The translations under genes and the position numbers were made by a program. DNA of 64,000 bases from Paraspadella gotoi (taxonomy: Eukaryota > Animalia > Chaetognatha), in NCBI GenBank assembly GCA_051294375.1, contig CM119265.1:28681359-28745358 (forward strand), given 5' to 3'. Position 1 is the stretch's first letter; each line of letters starts with the position of its first letter. Positions 63,670 to 64,000 of this stretch are shown here, piece after piece. Below the pieces are notes generated by a model, which was given only the letters and a program-made list of their open reading frames with translations, made no database searches and was not told the DNA's origin.

Positions 63670-64000
63670 AATTGGTACAACCAATATAAAAATTATCCAT
63701 TTCATATAATAAATAAGCTATCTTGCCCCTGACTTTGGACAGGCTTTGGTGGTTTAAGGCCTCCATCACTCTTACAAGATAATGACATAGCAGGTCCCTG
63801 CAAGCTTTCAATCAAGGCTCTCGAACAGTCTCGTTTATTCAATCCCAGAGTACCTGGCTTCCCTAGCAATGAAGTATGTTTAAATTGTATGTGAAATGAG
63901 CTCTTAGTAGTTGAATAAAATTCATCGCACCACACTCGGCACACTTCTAACCACACGTGACTTCGATCACCCAACCACACAACGACTCACAATTCACAAT
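63670..64000 (+). repeat. Family A, cleanest and longest copy (runs off the window)
   Basis: Reference copy for the six occurrences in this window. Confidence 0.85.

Overview
Eukaryotic (metazoan) draft-assembly scaffold: AT-rich, saturated with GA/CT microsatellites, many N gaps and long indel-noisy stretches. Almost all ORF-track entries are microsatellite or N-gap noise. Two genes are recognisable, both on the + strand. (1) An inhibitory Smad (Smad6/7): N-terminal MFRSKRSGLVKRIW exon (13171-13239, noisy duplicate 26072-26142), MH1 exon (~28830-29890) and linker exon (31901-32139); no MH2 exon is visible. (2) A divergent syntaxin-1-like Qa-SNARE in six exons (43567-49560) whose zero-layer Gln is replaced by Ser. 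The large-scale structure looks like long-read gap-filling artefact: a 12,897-bp direct duplication and a ~1.1-2 kb duplication, each split by a 25-N gap, and a ~7.6-kb palindrome whose 45-nt loop resembles the PacBio SMRTbell adapter. Interspersed repeats include a tRNA-derived SINE, LTR-like pieces, palindromic MITE-like families, minisatellites and telomere-like tracts. I found no convincing novel multi-gene system. The best biological leads are the Ser-zero-layer syntaxin, the unusual I-Smad architecture, and mutually complementary low-complexity tracts at the two ends of several introns.
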